NCBI RefSeq assembly: GCF_963921235.1
Contig: NC_086106.1
Span: 24,180,001 to 24,244,000, forward strand
DNA: 64,000 nt
Direction: 5' to 3'
Origin: Mobula hypostoma
Taxonomy: Eukaryota
The notes under the pieces were generated by a model. The model saw nothing but the letters and a program-made list of their open reading frames with translations. It made no database searches and was not told the origin of the DNA. The position numbers were made by a program, and so were the translations under genes. This document shows, piece after piece, positions 13,029-25,850 of the stretch; the first letter of the stretch is position 1; every line of letters begins with the position of its first letter.

Positions 13029-14700
13029 TGGTGTTAGAACTGAATGATCATCGATGAATCAGAAAAAGTGGGATACCCAACGAGGATATTCAGTTTGTTC
13101 CTGTACATCTATTTCTATGAAAAATATGCACAATCGGGTTTGAGCTGAATAAACCCCCTTTTTTTTTAAATTCCCGCCTTCAAGTTGCATCAAAAAGTGG
13201 AACATTGTTATAATCTGTGTGCACTAGTCTGGAAGAGTGCACAGAGACACAGAAACAGCGGGGAAGACAGAGATGTGAGACGAACCGTCTGGAAGAAAAA
13301 CAAAACAGACTTGTATTCTAAATAAACAAAATAATATACACATAACCAAACGAAAATACTTCGCAGGAAGGCAAAATATAATATACAGGATGACAACATT
13401 CAACTCCAGCAAACAGGGATCAGATGAGGGTGTGAATAAATTCATCACCGATCTGTATGTCCTATGAGACAGCTGTGCAGAGATAAATCTGGGGGATGAG
13501 CTCACTGGAGACAGAACTGTTGTCGGGCTGCTGGGCACCAGCTTGTCAGAGACACTTATAATGCAGGTGAAATTTTCACCAGGTAATTCTATTACCGTGG
13601 CCAGGCAGAGTGAGAACTATCGTTAGAAACTTGCAGAACACTGGCAGGAAAAAGATGCTGAGGTAAAGCTAGAAGCTGCCGAAAATAATAAGTACCAGAC
13701 TCCTGCAGTCAGAAATTCTGCAGAAAAAGATGACAGTAGAGCGCAGCTCAAAAAAAACGAAAAACAAAATCAAACATGTGAATCAAAGAGTATTTAAAAT
13801 GATATCATTAGGAGAAGGGGCAATAATTCATTCTGCGTCAAAAGCTCTGTTCAGAGAATAAAATGCATCTCCAGCCAAGTCATTGATTTGTCAACTATAG
13901 AAGTTGCACTCAGCTCAACAATGATTGTCCTCATGGGACGAGGGAAAAAAATGTCAGCTCTGTGTGAAAGCAAAGTTCACTACTTCCAGATCTGAAAATG
14001 AGAAGAAAAAACAAACAAAAATAGGAAGATTATCTTATTCAGAACCTCTTCCAAAAACTACAGAGAAGACATGCCATCGAGAATCTGAATCTATTCGCAA
14101 GGAGTGATTAGCTACTGAAAGTGCAGTGACAAGAAAACCGCCCGGTGTGGTTAACAGGCATGGGGGTATTGAAGGAAGGCAATCTTAACCACGTTACCCC
14201 AGGTATAACGCCCTAATCTCTGACCATAGCGAGGTGCATACCAGCCGTATTGATGAACTAATTTAAATTTGAACTTGTGATAATTGATTAGCTTGACGTC
14301 ATCTTTAGAGTGAATGAACCGCCTGATTGGTATACGGGCGTTGTTCCCTTTCCGAAACCAGATAATATAGTGAGGATCTATGTAGGGTTAACCAAATCTG
14401 TGAAATGTAGCTTCGATTTAATTCTCGACAACTACAGTATATTTACTTTTCCTATTTTGATAATATGCTGAAGAGTAGGAACTGTAGTTGTGAGTTGTTG
14501 TGCTGAACTCCTGCATATCTGCCGCAGTGTGTGTCCTATGACATAGCTATATGGTGGTTTCCTGAACGTGGTCCGGTTATGTCTATCTTCCAAATATGTA
14601 CCGATTAACGTGAGTAAATCATAGCAATGGTAAGATGGCACGGGAAATTTGAAGAGTCTTGCAGGTGTATATACCGAGTTAACCCATCTTCTCGTGCCAC
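13029..14700 (+). mobile_element. Heavily decayed Gypsy internal region (gag and RT remnants)
   Basis: PBS-like TGGTGTTAGAA at 13029. Gag-like FNSSKQGSDEGVNKFITDLY...DRTVVGLL...LSETL at about 13400-13570. RT-like VIFRVNEPPDWYTGVVPFPKPD..VRIYVGLTK at about 14295-14400. Boundaries approximate. Confidence 0.7.
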
Positions 14701-14955
14701 TCGGTTAATGGCAGGTTCTCGTGGCATAAAAATAAAAGAGTGTGACGCTCCTTCCTAGAGGTACATGCACCTTGTCACATCTGGGCAAATAGGCGGAGCA
14801 TGTATAGAGGCCACGTTCCCATTGGGTGTTTTCCATTTCCTGTACATTATATCAAATGCACTGCCTAGTTAACCAGAGAAACAGAACTTCTTGAAGCTTG
14901 GCGAAAACTTGTTAAGTAGAAAATCACTCAACCCATACTTTATATAAAAAAAAAG

Positions 14956-15001
14956 ATGTGGAGGATCGTCATCTGGATTGTGTGTGGAGCCTGGTTAACT
15001 G
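14956..15001 (+). CDS. V1 leader exon (L-part1)
   Basis: ATG at 14956, reads MWRIVIWIVCGAWLT plus G (46 nt, phase 1). Donor GTTTGT at 15002. A 105-bp intron ends at ttttag 15106 and splices in frame to the V exon. Confidence 0.85.
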
Positions 15002-15106
15002 GTTTGTGAGCAGAAAACAATTCATGAGTCTTCTGGAAACTAAATACTGATAAACAACAAAAAAAACATCTACATAACATTTGATTTTTTTCCCATTATT
15101 TTTTAG

Positions 15107-15413
15107 ATACGAGTCATGGAAACTCTGTCACTCAGACAATGGAACCGACAGTGAAAACAGAAGAGGAAAATGTGACGTTGAACTGCAACTATGATACTAC
15201 ATGGAACAACTATAATTTATATTGGTACCGACAAAGACCAGAGCAAACTCTCGAGTACATACTGAACAAATATTCTGATGCATCTGAAAATAAAGCCGAT
15301 TTTGCCAAAAAGCGCTTCACCGCCCATCTGGAAAAGGCAAGAAAATTCGTTAGTGTCACCATCTCAAATCTGCAAATAAGCGACTCTGCAGTTTATTACT
15401 GCGCCCTAAGCCC
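15107..15413 (+). CDS. V1: TCR alpha/delta-type V exon, open frame
   Basis: (D)TSHG-NSVTQTMEPTVKTEEENVTLNCNYDTTWNNYNLYWYRQRPEQTLEYILNKYSDASENKADFAKKRFTAHLEKARKFVSVTISNLQISDSAVYYCALS. Has the first Cys, WYRQ and DSAVYYC of a V-set domain and is followed directly by an RSS. Alpha versus delta use cannot be told from sequence alone. Confidence 0.92.
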
Positions 15414-15452
15414 CACAGTGATGTTTTCCAGTTAAATACTCGTACAGAAATT
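15414..15452 (+). other. 23-RSS of V1
   Basis: CACAGTG + 23-nt spacer (atgttttccagttaaatactcgt) + ACAGAAATT. Confidence 0.92.
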
Positions 15453-15718
15453 CACTTACTTTCGAACAGAACTTTGAGCGCTGCAGCTGGATATATTTGT
15501 ACACATCTTTTCTGTTTGTGGTTTCCCGCCACCAAGAGTACCTGTTCACGTTTCCCATGCATTTGTCTGAGAAGACTGATCTGTGGTATAACCACATGGC
15601 TCTTTCCAATGACTCAATGAGATTTATAGTGCCTCCTATCTCACTTCCTTTGTGAAGTATGCAACACATGGCAAGTCAAATATGGGCGATGAAATTGAAA
15701 CCGGAATATCAATCGTCG

Positions 15719-15721
15719 GTG

Positions 15722-15781
<60 letters not shown>

Positions 15782-15789
15782 CGCGCGCG
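15719..15789. repeat. (GT)n(GC)n microsatellite
   Basis: About 71 bp of uninterrupted purine-pyrimidine alternation, ending in (GC)8G. Confidence 0.95.
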
Positions 15790-16087
15790 AGCGCAGTAAG
15801 AGAAAGTGCAACACTCTGTAAATACGGATACTTGTTTTGGAGCGTATGGAAATAGAGACGAATCTGGTGGAGATTTTCCTTGCAGACAATCCGCTGATCT
15901 TTTGGTTCGGAAATGAGTGACAATCTGGGTCTGTAGATCTCTCTCAGCCTCCGTCTCTCACAACTCTTTCTCTCTCCCGCCCCCCCCCCCCCTCTTTCTC
16001 ACTTACTCCTCTCCCGCTACTAGCCCATTAATGTCTGCCTCGCTTCAGCAGGTACAATATTTTCAGCCGCCAATCTCACGTAACTTT

Positions 16088-16221
16088 NNNNNNNNNNNNN
16101 NNNNNNNNNNNNNNNNNNNNNNNNNNNNNNNNNNNNNNNNNNNNNNNNNNNNNNNNNNNNNNNNNNNNNNNNNNNNNNNNNNNNNNNNNNNNNNNNNNNN
16201 NNNNNNNNNNNNNNNNNNNNN
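16088..16221. other. Assembly gap (134 N)
   Basis: Run of N. Confidence 0.99.
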
Positions 16222-16699
16222 CTGCCCGTGAGAATGACAGTAACAGACTTCCGATGTGGAGAGTATTAGCGCCGTTTGCACCTCGGTAATGGGGATATTC
16301 TTAAGGCGAGTTCCAAAGCGTGGTGGTAATTGAGATGCTGCCATCTCCATTCCCGTTGGTTTGATTTTATTTGTATGTAATTCTGCATTTAGTTGATTTG
16401 TATTTTTTTCTCCCTACGTTAGCGGTACATTTGCGGATATTATGTTTACCTTACACAAATTCTTGATGACCATGCTGGCTGACGATGACAATAAATTCAA
16501 GGAATTAATCAGAATTACTAACGTCACAAAAAATAACAACAGGTGTTATTTCTTTGTCTCTTCAGTCAACCATGGTCATCAGATGCATTCAATATAATCG
16601 TCCTCTAATATCTGATCAATTAGTTGGAACACAGAGGCCTAAATGTACAATGAACTGTCCATTTCCTTAGAGACTCCAATAAGATCCGATTAGCCACAG

Positions 16700-17715
16700 T
16701 GTCACCACAGTGCCACTTGCTCATTCCGCTGTTTTTTTTTTTCTTCTTTTATATTTATGACTGTGAATGTAACTACAACAACGATGCCATATTCAAGTTT
16801 GCTCACGATAGCACTGTTGTTGGTCGGAACAAAGACGGTAATGAAATAGTGAATAGGAGAGAGATTGAAATTCTTGGTGGATGCTGCCTCAAACGCAACC
16901 TATCTCTCAACTTCAGCAAAACGATAGATCTGATTATTGACTGCAGAAGATATTCTCTTTGTCTTTCACAACAGGAAGATGAAATGTTGTGTATATGATA
17001 CACTCCTCGTTGGGCACTCAAAGTGGGGATTACACTGGGGAAGTTCATTGTGTGTTTATTCTTCTGCGTTACCTTGTACAGATGCATGCTGGAGATTATA
17101 GTAACGTTTGTTATCATGTCCTGCTATGGAATGACCAATGTCCGTGAATAAAAGTAGCTACAAAATATGTGGACCATCCCGGTGCACCACATTTGAAAGT
17201 CCTTCCCATCGTTGGGCGCATGCACCAGCAGCCCTATCAGAGGAAAGATGAATACGTCATGAAGAACCAGCATCATCAAAACCCTGACTTCTCCTCGCTA
17301 CTGCTGTTCGAAAGGATATGTTGAAGGATCTTAGTTCCCATTCTACCAGTTTCAAGAATAGTTATTACCCAGCAACCATCAGGCTGCTGTATCAGACATC
17401 GGTCGCCCAAAAAAAGCTTTCATGAATGATTCCAGAAGACATCACCTCGATTTAAATGTTTCTAAAATCTCATAGTCACAATATAATTTCTTAGGTGTTC
17501 CTCAATTAATATTCTGTTTTACTTTATACATTTACACATTTTTTTTGTCTTTGCTCATTGTTTGTATACGTCTTTGCTTTGAAGTAGATTCTTATTGCCT
17601 CAATTGTGATAATTTGTAGTAATTGGAAATGCTCGCAAGATAACAAATTTCAAGATTATATATGGCGACAGGTATGTACCTTGATAAAGATTTTCTGTGA
17701 ACTTTCAAATTTGAG
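16700..17715 (+). mobile_element. Rex1/Babar-like LINE, RT C-terminal part and 3' end, decayed
   Basis: IYDCECNYNNDAIFKFAHDSTVVGR...EIEIL..CCLKRNLSLNFSKTIDLIIDCRR, a degenerate form of the FADDTT motif. Confidence 0.7.
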
Positions 17716-18354
17716 TCGGAAGTTAATCCCTGTAACTGTGGCATAAAATAAAAATATGTTCCTAGTACGTCCGACAGAATACAATAAAGAATCTTAATTT
17801 AAAACTTTTTTTTCTTTTTTTTTGTCGATCGAGGTACATCGATCAAGGGACCGATTTAGAACATTCTTCAACATTTGGAAGGAAGGAATTTATGGCACTT
17901 TGAACGCCCCGCAATTGTTAATCTTTTTTGTTCTACTACCGTTGGATCAAGGTCACGTGAAATATAAACCAGGTACAATAGAAAGATAACGTTGAACTTT
18001 GTTCACCGTATTGGGAAAGCACAAAAAGAAACAATAATCAAATGTTTAAAAAGTTTGAAGGGTTCATTTATTGTCTGAGCAATGTATACAATGTACATCC
18101 TGACAGTATTTTTTCTGGGAACCATCCACGAAAGCAGAGGAGTACGCCAAAGAAGAATAACAGTTACATGTTACAACCCTAAAACCCCACATCAGCAACC
18201 CCCCCACCCCCACGCGTCAGGACGGTCAAGGTAATCATCAATGCTCAATAATTAGCAGATACGAAATGTGTCTGTCAAAGGTAACTTTATTATTATACAT
18301 AATTAATAGGTAATACACCGAGGATGCTGATAATAAGCTGCTGACGAAATAAAA

Positions 18355-20204
18355 CCATAGACACATAAAATACCTAGATCACAACACACGGCCTTCGGTC
18401 CACAATACTTGCCGAACTTGCACTTAACTTAGAACCACCTCGGATTACCCATAGCTCTTTATTTTTATGCTCCATTTATCCGTCCAGGAGTATCTTAAAA
18501 ACAGGCTATATTTTCCCCTGTACCACCGCCGCTGGCAGACCATTCCACGCACTCATCACTCTCTGCGAAAAAAAAACTTACCTCTGACATCTCCTCTGTA
18601 CCTACTTCCAAGCACCTTAGAACTACGCCCTTTTGTTCCCGCCATTTCAGCCCTGAGCAAAAGCCTCTGACTATCCAGACGATCAATGCTTATAGTCTTT
18701 TTGTACACCTCTATCAGGTCACCTCTCATCCTCCGTCGCTCCAAGGAGAAATAAACTAGTCAACCTATTCTCACCAAGCATGCTCCCAATCCAGGCAACA
18801 TCCTTGTAGATCTCCATTGCCACATTTCTATGGTTTCCACGTCCTTCCTGTAGTGAGGCGAACATAATTGAGTAACGTACTCCAATTGGGGTCTGACCAG
18901 AGTCCTAAATAGCTGCAACATTATCTCTCAGCTCTTAAACTCAATCCCAAGATTGATGATGGTCAATTCCCCGTTTGCCTTCTTAACCACAGAGTCAAAC
19001 TGCGTAGCAGCTTTGAGTGCCCTCTGGACTCTGACCCCCAGAATTCCGCTATCCTTCGCACGGCGAAGAGTCTTGCCGTTAATGCTATATTTTGCCATCA
19101 TATTTGACCCAGCAAACCGAACCACCTCACAATGATTTGGGTTGAAATCCATCCGCCACTTCTCAGCCGAGTTTGCATCCTATAAATGTCCTGCTGTAAC
19201 CACTGACAGCCCTCCACACCATCCACAACACCACATTCTTTGTGTCATCAGTAAATTCACTAACCCATTCCTCAACTTTTTCACCCAGCTCATTTATAAA
19301 AACATACAAAGAGGAGGGACACCAGTGGTCACCGGCCTCCGTGCAGAACATGACTCGTCTACAACCACTCTTTGCCTTCGTGGGTAAGCCAGTCCTGGAT
19401 CCACAAAGCAATGACCACCCTGGACCCATGCATCCTTACTTTCTCAATAAGCCGTACTTGGGGTAACTTATCAATCGTCTTGCTCAAATCTATATACGCT
19501 ACAACACCGGTTCTACCCACATCAATGTGTATAGTCACATCGTCAACAAATTCAATCAGACTTGTAAGGCACGACCTCCCTTGGACAAAGTCATGTTGAA
19601 TATTCCTAATTATATTATGCCTCTCCAAATGTTCATCAATCCTGGCTCTCAGGATCTTCTCCATCAACTTAGCAACCTGTGAAGTAAGACTCACAGGTCT
19701 TTAATTTTCGGGGCTACCACTAATCACTGTCTTGAATAAGGGAACAACATCAACAACTCTCCAATCCTCCGGAAACTCTCCCGTCCTCATTGATGATGCA
19801 AATATCATCCCCAGATGCTCCGTATTCTCCTCCCTTGCATCCCAGTGTAGCCTGGGATAGTCCTGTCCGGTCCCCGTGAGTTACCGAACTTGATGCTCTC
19901 CAAAAGTTCCGACACATGCTCGTCCTTAATATCTACATGCTCAAGCTTATCGGACCGCTGCAAGTCACCCCTACAATCGCCAAATTCAATTTCCCTAGTG
20001 AATATTGAAGAAAAACTTTCATTAAGTGTTTCTGCCATCTTCTCCGGTTCCATACAAACTACTCCACTGTCACATTTGTTTGGTCCTATTCTCTCAGATC
20101 TTATCCTCTTGCTCTTCTGATTCTTGTAGAATGCTCTGGGGTTTTCCTGAATCCTGCCCACGAAAGCCTTCTCATGGCCTCTTCGGGGCTTTCCTAAATA
20201 CATT
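18355..20204 (-). mobile_element. CR1 LINE fragment (RT and 3' end)
   Basis: ORFs 19359-19694 (HDFVQGRSCLTSLIEF...YIDLSKTIDKLP), 18556-18744 (RGDLIEVYK) and 19805-20203. Confidence 0.88.
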
Positions 20205-21912
20205 TTATTTTCATTTTCACTTTTTTAAAATTTTTAAATTAATTATTATTGAAAATCAAGAACAAAAAATACATTAAAATAATCAAGTCAACATACCTAA
20301 ACGTCTAATAGGAGTTAAACTATCAACGAAGCTAAACAGTATATAAATAATGATCAAAAATGTTAAAGTTACTTTTTTTGGAAAAAAAAAGAAAGAAGGA
20401 AAAAGGAATCCATACTAACTAAAATAAACAAAAAAAAAACTACTAACAAAAAGAAAACGTGAAAAAAAAAACAAACACTTGCTGCACAAACGGGGAGCTA
20501 TACGCCATACAAGCTTCAATTAAAAAAAAATACACCAATCCGCCATCCAAATCTATTTACCCAAGAATCAGAAGGCAACCATTTTATTAACTTAAATGAA
20601 ATGATAGTAGTGGGCAACAGAACCCCATCTTTTCTCAACGTCAGATAGAGGATCAAAATTTCGACTTCTGATTTTTTTTTTCCAAACTAAGGCATAACAT
20701 CACCTGAGAGAACCATTGCATCAAAGAGGGAGCAGAATTCCATTTTAATAAAATAACCCTTCTACCCAATAATGTGACAAATGCATTTACTTGTTTGTCT
20801 GATATAGAAATACCGTGTATATATTGAGGAATTATACCAAAAAAACTGTCAGTTTGTTAGTTTGTAAATTAATGTTCAAAGCTTTAGAAATTGTAGAAAA
20901 AAATAGATTTCCAAAACTGTTTCAATACAGAACACAACCATAACGCATGTGTCAATATAGCTGTCTCAGTTTTACATTCATCACACTGACTATTAACATT
21001 AGGAGACATTTTAGACGGGCTCTCCTTTGTCAAATAATAACGATGTACAATTTTAAATTGAGTCAGAGAGTGACTGGCGCAAATCGAAGAGTTAACCAAC
21101 TTCAACATTCGCAACAAATCCTCTGTTATCAAGATCATGTTAAGCTCTCTTTCTCAATCTTGCTTATTCTTAAATAAAGGAAAATTATCTTGTTGTAATA
21201 GTAGATCATAAATTTTCCCAATAAAACCTTTCACTAAAGGGTTCATTTTTTAAAACATGTCTAACAGGTCAGAATCGTGTATATATGGAAAAATAACTTT
21301 TTTTTGTAAGAAATGTCTGACCTGAAGTTATTGAAAAACGTGTGAGTATGAGAGAGAATATTTAGTTACCAATTTCTCAAAGGACATCAACGGGCGTTCC
21401 TGAAACAGATCTATATAGGAATAGATTCCTTTATTCATCCAAAGATAAAAGGTAGGATCACTAAGTAAAGTTTTAAATAAGTAGTTTCGATAAATTAAAC
21501 TAAGAAGATTACTTTGTTTTTTAAGATTAAAACAAACTTACGAAACTGGTACAAAATTGGTAAAGACTGCTTAATCATAGGATTTATATTTAGAATAGAA
21601 ATTTTGGGTCGTTATACAGGTGAAGAAGCTCCTAATAACGAAGTTAAGTAGTATTTTCCGTTCATTTTCATCAGTCCCATATAACAAAGACACGCACAAC
21701 GTATATTAACCGCCCAATAATACACTCCTAAATTAGGCAAAACAGGACCTCCACCCTTTTTAAATTTTAGTAAATGGCATTTTCCAATTCTTGGTGTTTT
21801 ATTATTCCAAACACAAGATGAAGTGATGGAATCAACCTGATCACAAAACTTCTTAGTCAGAAAAATAGGAATATTTTGAAATACATATAAAACATTTAGT
21901 AAGATAATCATT
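20205..21912 (-). mobile_element. 5'-truncated L1/Tx1-clade LINE, ORF2 C-terminus and 3' UTR
   Basis: QFKIVHRYYLTK...SQCDECKTETAILTHALWLCSVLKQFW (L1 C-terminal Cys/His region) and KKGGGPVLPNLGVYYWA. A-rich 3' end on the minus strand near 20205. Confidence 0.85.
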
Positions 21913-21925
21913 TAACTGCATGAGT

Positions 21926-22460
21926 TGCTCTGGGGTTTTCTTGAATCCTGTCCGTCAATGCCTTCTAAAAGCCCCTTTGTTGCTGTCCTAATTGCATTAT
22001 TAAACTCCTTCCTGGTAGCCTTATAATATTCTCTATCTCTATAATTACCTAGTTTATTGAATCTTTGTTAATCTCTACTTTTCTTCTTGAATAGATTTAC
22101 AACAGCCTTTGTGCACCACGGTTCCTGTACCCTACCATCCTTTTCCTGTCTTATTGGAACGTATATACACAAAACCGCACGCAAGAATCCACTAAACACT
22201 TGCCACATTTCTTCTTTACGTTTCCCTGAGAACATCTGTTTCGAATTTATGCTTCCAAGTTCATGCCCGATGGCCTAATTTTCCCCGCTTACTCCAGTTA
22301 ACTGTTTCCATAACTTGTCTGTTCCTATCGATCTCTAACGTTGTGGTCACGGAGATAGAATTGTGATGACTATCTGCAAAACGCACTCCCACTGAAAGAG
22401 GTGACACCCGACCAGGTTCATTTCCCAATACAAGTTCAATTTTCCCCTCTTGAAATGCGA
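21926..22460 (-). mobile_element. CR1 ORF2 fragment (endonuclease-RT linker)
   Basis: Overlaps in sequence with the end of the 18355-20204 copy and continues the typical CR1 linker toward the endonuclease. Confidence 0.7.
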
Positions 22461-24829
22461 TGTATCATATTGAATCTCATAAGAAATAAATAGTGGACAC
22501 TTAGTAACTTGAATTTTCGACGTAAGATATTTCAAATTATAAGTTCGTTGTTCAGAGGACATTTACTATTCAATTATGTATGAAGAATGCAAATGGGGGA
22601 TTCGTCCTCCTGCAGGTAGCGCGAAACCGAGATACACCTATGTAAAAAAGAAATGAAACATCCCTCAAGCGAAAAACATGAGAAAAATAAATAAAGTGAA
22701 TGGACAACACGTAGAAAATTAAATACCCCACTGGGATTGCAGTCGTATTCAGTTCAGTTTATCTCAGTGCCCTATCCCTTGCCCACTGCAGGCATTCTTC
22801 GCTAAAGCACCACAGTCAACATCGTTTAAAAACAGCAAAAAAAAAACAAAAATTACATCCACAATCAACATATACATGCAGCTTAATCAAGTGCCCGTAA
22901 AACGCTTCCACCGCTTTATGGTTCAATCCAAGCCCAGTATATCTTCCTCCGACAACAGGCAGCAAGAGAGATAGGAAGACCAGAGTTAACGCAGAAAGAA
23001 GGCGGCGAATCCATGTTCGACGCCTCAGTCGGAGAGGTGTTCTGGCCTTTAGGCTGCGTACGTTGTTCCAAACGGCAGGGAAGATGTGAGCCTATTCAGC
23101 AGCTGTAGCGAGAGATCTCAAATGAACATAGCGTCTGGGTAAAGTATCATCAACGTGGGCGCACAGAACTAATGATATTGGTGCATTGCGTTTTTTTTAA
23201 CTCTCTGTACACAGAAACGTTTTGTCTCTGTCTGTCACACACACATGTGGCAAATGATTCAGATAAGGTTAATAATAACGATGGCGAGTTGTGGTGAGAT
23301 GCCTGTTAAGATAAAGCATATAGCAAGAGATCGCTAAGGGAGTCCTCGAGACATTGCACTTATGACCAAAAGGAACCTTCTGAAATCGCAATACTTGTGG
23401 GGCAAAATTCCATCAGGTACTAGTAAAACGCTCCCTAGACTCCACAAAACGGAAGCCTGATTTCCATTTCCTGACATATATCGCATCCAAAGTACAAACA
23501 CTAGAGTTTACCTCTATGTGTCGCTGTTAATTTAAAAACAGACGCCGTGTCCACTCTCTGCTCTATATTGATTAAGTTGTCCCCATTCCACGGATAATCT
23601 ACGTTCAGCTGCGGCGACAATTCAGTCCTGCAAACTCAGGGCGTGATAATTTAATTGTTTTTATTTTTTTTTTAGCAGAAGACCCTGCCGCCAATAACGA
23701 AGGAGAGATATGTAGTTCCAAGTGTTCGTCTGAGCTGACAATGTAAGACCCGATCCGTTACACCGAATAACAGTTATTCTGCAATTCTGGCCACAGAATC
23801 TGTTTAATGATACATCGGGCAGGCTTGAGAACGTCCGATTTATTACTAAATACATAAATAGCCTGCTTTCAGATCAGTCAATAGATTTTCCTGAGTTTAT
23901 GCTATTTATAGGAAATAAGCCATTCGGTTCCTCTGATAATCGCATCTGCTAAGTGCTTGTGTAATAAACCCCACATTTTATCAGCAATGCAGCAGATTCG
24001 AACAAAAAAACGAAATTAAAAGGTTGTTCGGCCAAGTTTGCACTGCACCCGAGCAGTCAAATCTTCGAAGAGACTGCAAGTACTAGGATTTTTTTTTTCG
24101 TTTCTTACATTCACTGTTCAAAGAAGAGAAGACAGATCTTTGTCATGCCATCAATACTTGAAATGCCACATCCTTCATAATTCTCCCAGCCTACTCTTGT
24201 TGAATGATGAACATGAGACATTTTCTTCTCAAGTTTTGGTTGTACGTCAACTTATGGTGACTGGGGACAGTTCTCCTTCTGCCTTTTCCCAGTACATGTT
24301 GTTATAACAGCTTGTGTGTGTGTGTGTTTGTGTGTGTATGTGTGTGTGTGTGTTTAACTGATCAGAATCCAGCAACTGTTTTCACCGAGAAAGGAAACGA
24401 ATAAGCTGACCAATGATAAGCGAGAAAGAGAAATGTGGAATTCGAGAGGAGCCTTGTATACTCAATTGTGCGTGCCAGTTCAAAAAGAAGAAACAAACAA
24501 ATCAAAACACCGCTTAGCCTGCCGGGCATACTGTGCATCAGAGAGAGCAGAGGTAGTTTCTGTAACGTGTTAGTGAGTTTTAAGAAAGCCAGCAGGGACA
24601 ATCAGGACATCCTGAGTTAAATGCCGAGTTGTTTACGCGCAAGGGAAAATGGATAAAAGCAAGCGTTACTTGTAACAGTTGTATTTTGATCAGCTATTGT
24701 GTGCGTGGCGCAGTGCTAAAGCGAAGAGTTCGATGTTTTGGCTCAAAGAGGCTTCAGCGTGTAAAGCTGAGGGTTTAGGCAGACGATCTTTCGGGTCCAT
24801 ACATTTCTTATTTTAACTGAATATGAATG

Positions 24830-25850
24830 AGAATCAGAATCAGAATGAGGTTTATTATAACTGGCATGCAATATGAAAGTTGTTAACTTAGCGGCAGCAG
24901 TTCAATACAATACATAAAATAGAAGAAAAAACATCAAAATAAAATAATTATAATAATAAATAACTCAATTACAGTATAGGTATATCGAATAGATTAAACA
25001 TCGAGCAAAATCAGAAATACTATATAATAAAAATGTGAAGTAGTGGCCAAGTTTCAATGCCCATTTAGGAATCGGAGGCGGGGAGGTCGAAGCTGTTCCT
25101 AAATCGGTGATGTGTGCGCCTTCAGGCTTCTGTACCTGGCAACTAATCGTAGCACTGGAAAAAAAGGGCATACCCGTCGTGCTGGCGGTCCGTAATGTTG
25201 GACGCTGCCTTTTGAGACCCCGCTCCTACAAATGTCATATGTACTTCGTAGGCTTGTATCCAAGACAGAGTTGACTAAATTTACTATCTGCTGCAGCTTT
25301 TTTGTTGTCCTTCCTAGCAGTAGACACCCTACCCACATACCAGACAGATGCAGCCTGTCAGAATGCTCTCCATGTTACATCGATAGAAGTTTTTGAGTCT
25401 ATTTTTAACATACTATATCTCTTCAATCTCCTCATGAAGTATAGCCACCGTCTTGCCTTCTTTATAACTGCATCCATATGTTGCCGCCTCGTTTGATCCT
25501 CAGAGATCTTGTCACCCAGGAACTTGAAACTGCTCAATCTCTCCACTTCTGATCCCTCTATGAGGCTTGTTATGTGCTACTTCGTCTTAACCCTTCCGAA
25601 AGTCCAAAAACAGCTCTTTTGTCTTCCTGACGTTGAGTGCCGGGTTGTTGCGGCGGCCGCACTCCACTAGTTGGCATATCTCACTCCTGTACGCGCTCTC
25701 TTCACCACCTGAGATTCTACCAACAATGGTTGTAGCCTCAGCAAATTTCTGGATGTTATTTGTGTTATGCCTAGCCACGGAGTCAGGGGTATATAGAGAT
25801 CAGATTAGTGGGCTGAGCACGCACCCCTGAGGTACACCAGTGTTGATCGA
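24830..25850 (-). mobile_element. Rex1/Babar-like LINE 3' fragment
   Basis: ARHNTNNIQKFAEATTIVGRISGGEESAYRSEI...ALNVRKTKEL; FKFLG..ISED; KKARRWLYFMRRLKR. (ATTCTG)n tail is seen on + as gaatcagaatcagaat. Confidence 0.8.

Noticed and set aside
16695-16712. Two tandem CACAGTG heptamers
   Set aside because: They lie at the start of a LINE RT fragment and have no nonamer at 12 or 23 nt.
22587-22594. Ig octamer ATGCAAAT
   Set aside because: An isolated 8-mer is expected by chance about twice in 64 kb over both strands, and no leader exon follows.
23661-23855. Minus-strand ORF with TNTWNYISLLRYWRQG, resembling CDR1-FR2 of a V
   Set aside because: No first Cys at the right distance, YWRQ rather than WYRQ, it runs into poly(A), and there is no FR3 or RSS.
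24640-24750. tgtgcgtgg followed by CGCAGTG, resembling a V end and heptamer
   Set aside because: CAC is missing, there is no nonamer at 12 or 23 nt, and no V framework upstream.
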